NCBI GenBank assembly: GCA_964548875.1
Contig: CAZJSP010000001.1
Location: 1 to 41,725, forward strand
From: an uncultured Candidatus Saccharibacteria bacterium
GTDB taxonomy: Bacteria; Patescibacteriota; Minisyncoccia; Minisyncoccales; JANBVM01
Direction of reading: 5' to 3'
DNA length: 41,725 nucleotides
Below the pieces are notes generated by a model that did no database searches, was not told where the DNA came from, and saw nothing but the letters and a program-made list of their open reading frames with translations. Numbering within the stretch: position 1 is the stretch's first letter; the number at the start of each line of letters is the position of its first letter. The position numbers and the translations under genes are program-made. Positions 41,464 to 41,725 of this stretch are shown here, in pieces.

Positions 41464-41725
41464 ATGATAGAAATGAGTAGTCAGCTCTTTGAAATAATAG
41501 AAATAGCAGAAAAAAATCAACCTGAACCATTCCCCCAGCGTATAATTTTGCCCTCAAGGTGGAAGAAAGTAAACACCCTAGAATTAATTGCTCGAAAAGA
41601 GTATTTTTTTAAAGTATTATTTTCTTTAGAAAACTCTATTTCAGAAAAAAGCGATAATCTGGAAAGAGATTGGGAAAAAGTAGAAAAATTCCAACAACAA
41701 TTTCAAAATAAAATAAAAAAAAATT
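41464..41725 (+). CDS. Hypothetical protein, 3' end cut by the window edge
   Basis: My own translation is MIEMSSQLFEIIEIAEKNQPEPFPQRIILPSRWKKVNTLELIARKEYFFKVLFSLENSISEKSDNLERDWEKVEKFQQQFQNKIKKN..., and the frame stays open to the window end. It is not in the ORF track because no stop is present. Confidence 0.45.
   Translation, partial: MIEMSSQLFEIIEIAEKNQPEPFPQRIILPSRWKKVNTLELIARKEYFFKVLFSLENSISEKSDNLERDWEKVEKFQQQFQNKIKKN

Noticed and set aside
1-41725. CRISPR arrays, rRNA genes, tRNA genes, and IS or transposon sequences.
   Set aside because: No regularly spaced direct repeats, no rRNA-like conserved segments, no cloverleaf-compatible GC-rich 70-90-nt islands in the spacers (other than the tmRNA tRNA-like domain), and no transposase or integrase ORFs were seen on either strand.

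Overview
This is a strongly AT-rich, very gene-dense bacterial chromosomal window. It uses the standard code: TGA serves as a stop for yebC and rnpA. The window spans the replication-origin neighbourhood (dnaN-dnaA, then divergent rpmH-rnpA-yidC-jag). Most content is housekeeping:
- Aminoacyl-tRNA ligases: glyQS, ileS, argS.
- DNA repair and replication: recO, mutM, ruvC, holA, dnaN, dnaA, and a 5'-3' exonuclease.
- Translation: smpB plus tmRNA, infC-rpmI-rplT, rpsT, rpmH.
- Cell wall: a MurE-like ligase and PBP1A.

Tiny gaps, many overlapping gene ends, no visible Shine-Dalgarno motifs, several archaeal/eukaryote-type enzymes, a lamin-tail-domain surface protein and a minimal T4SS-like module together suggest a Candidate Phyla Radiation/Patescibacteria-like organism. 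That lineage call is inference, not proven here.

Observations most worth follow-up:
1. A divergent Elp3 / Trm9-like gene pair with overlapping start codons, which would be a eukaryote-style wobble-U34 (m)cm5U module in a bacterium.
2. An orphan consensus promoter, a structured ~125-nt leader and an intrinsic terminator directly upstream of a mevalonate-kinase operon (candidate riboswitch, attenuator or sRNA).
3. A compact T4SS-like cluster with VirB4 encoded as two ORFs, next to the origin region.
4. A presenilin/SPP-type intramembrane aspartyl protease homolog.
5. A hairpin-dense 420-nt spacer after pilB with a minus-strand promoter and a 14-bp long-range stem.
6. tmRNA embedded head-to-tail between smpB and infC.

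No CRISPR array, rRNA, tRNA, transposase or integrase was seen.
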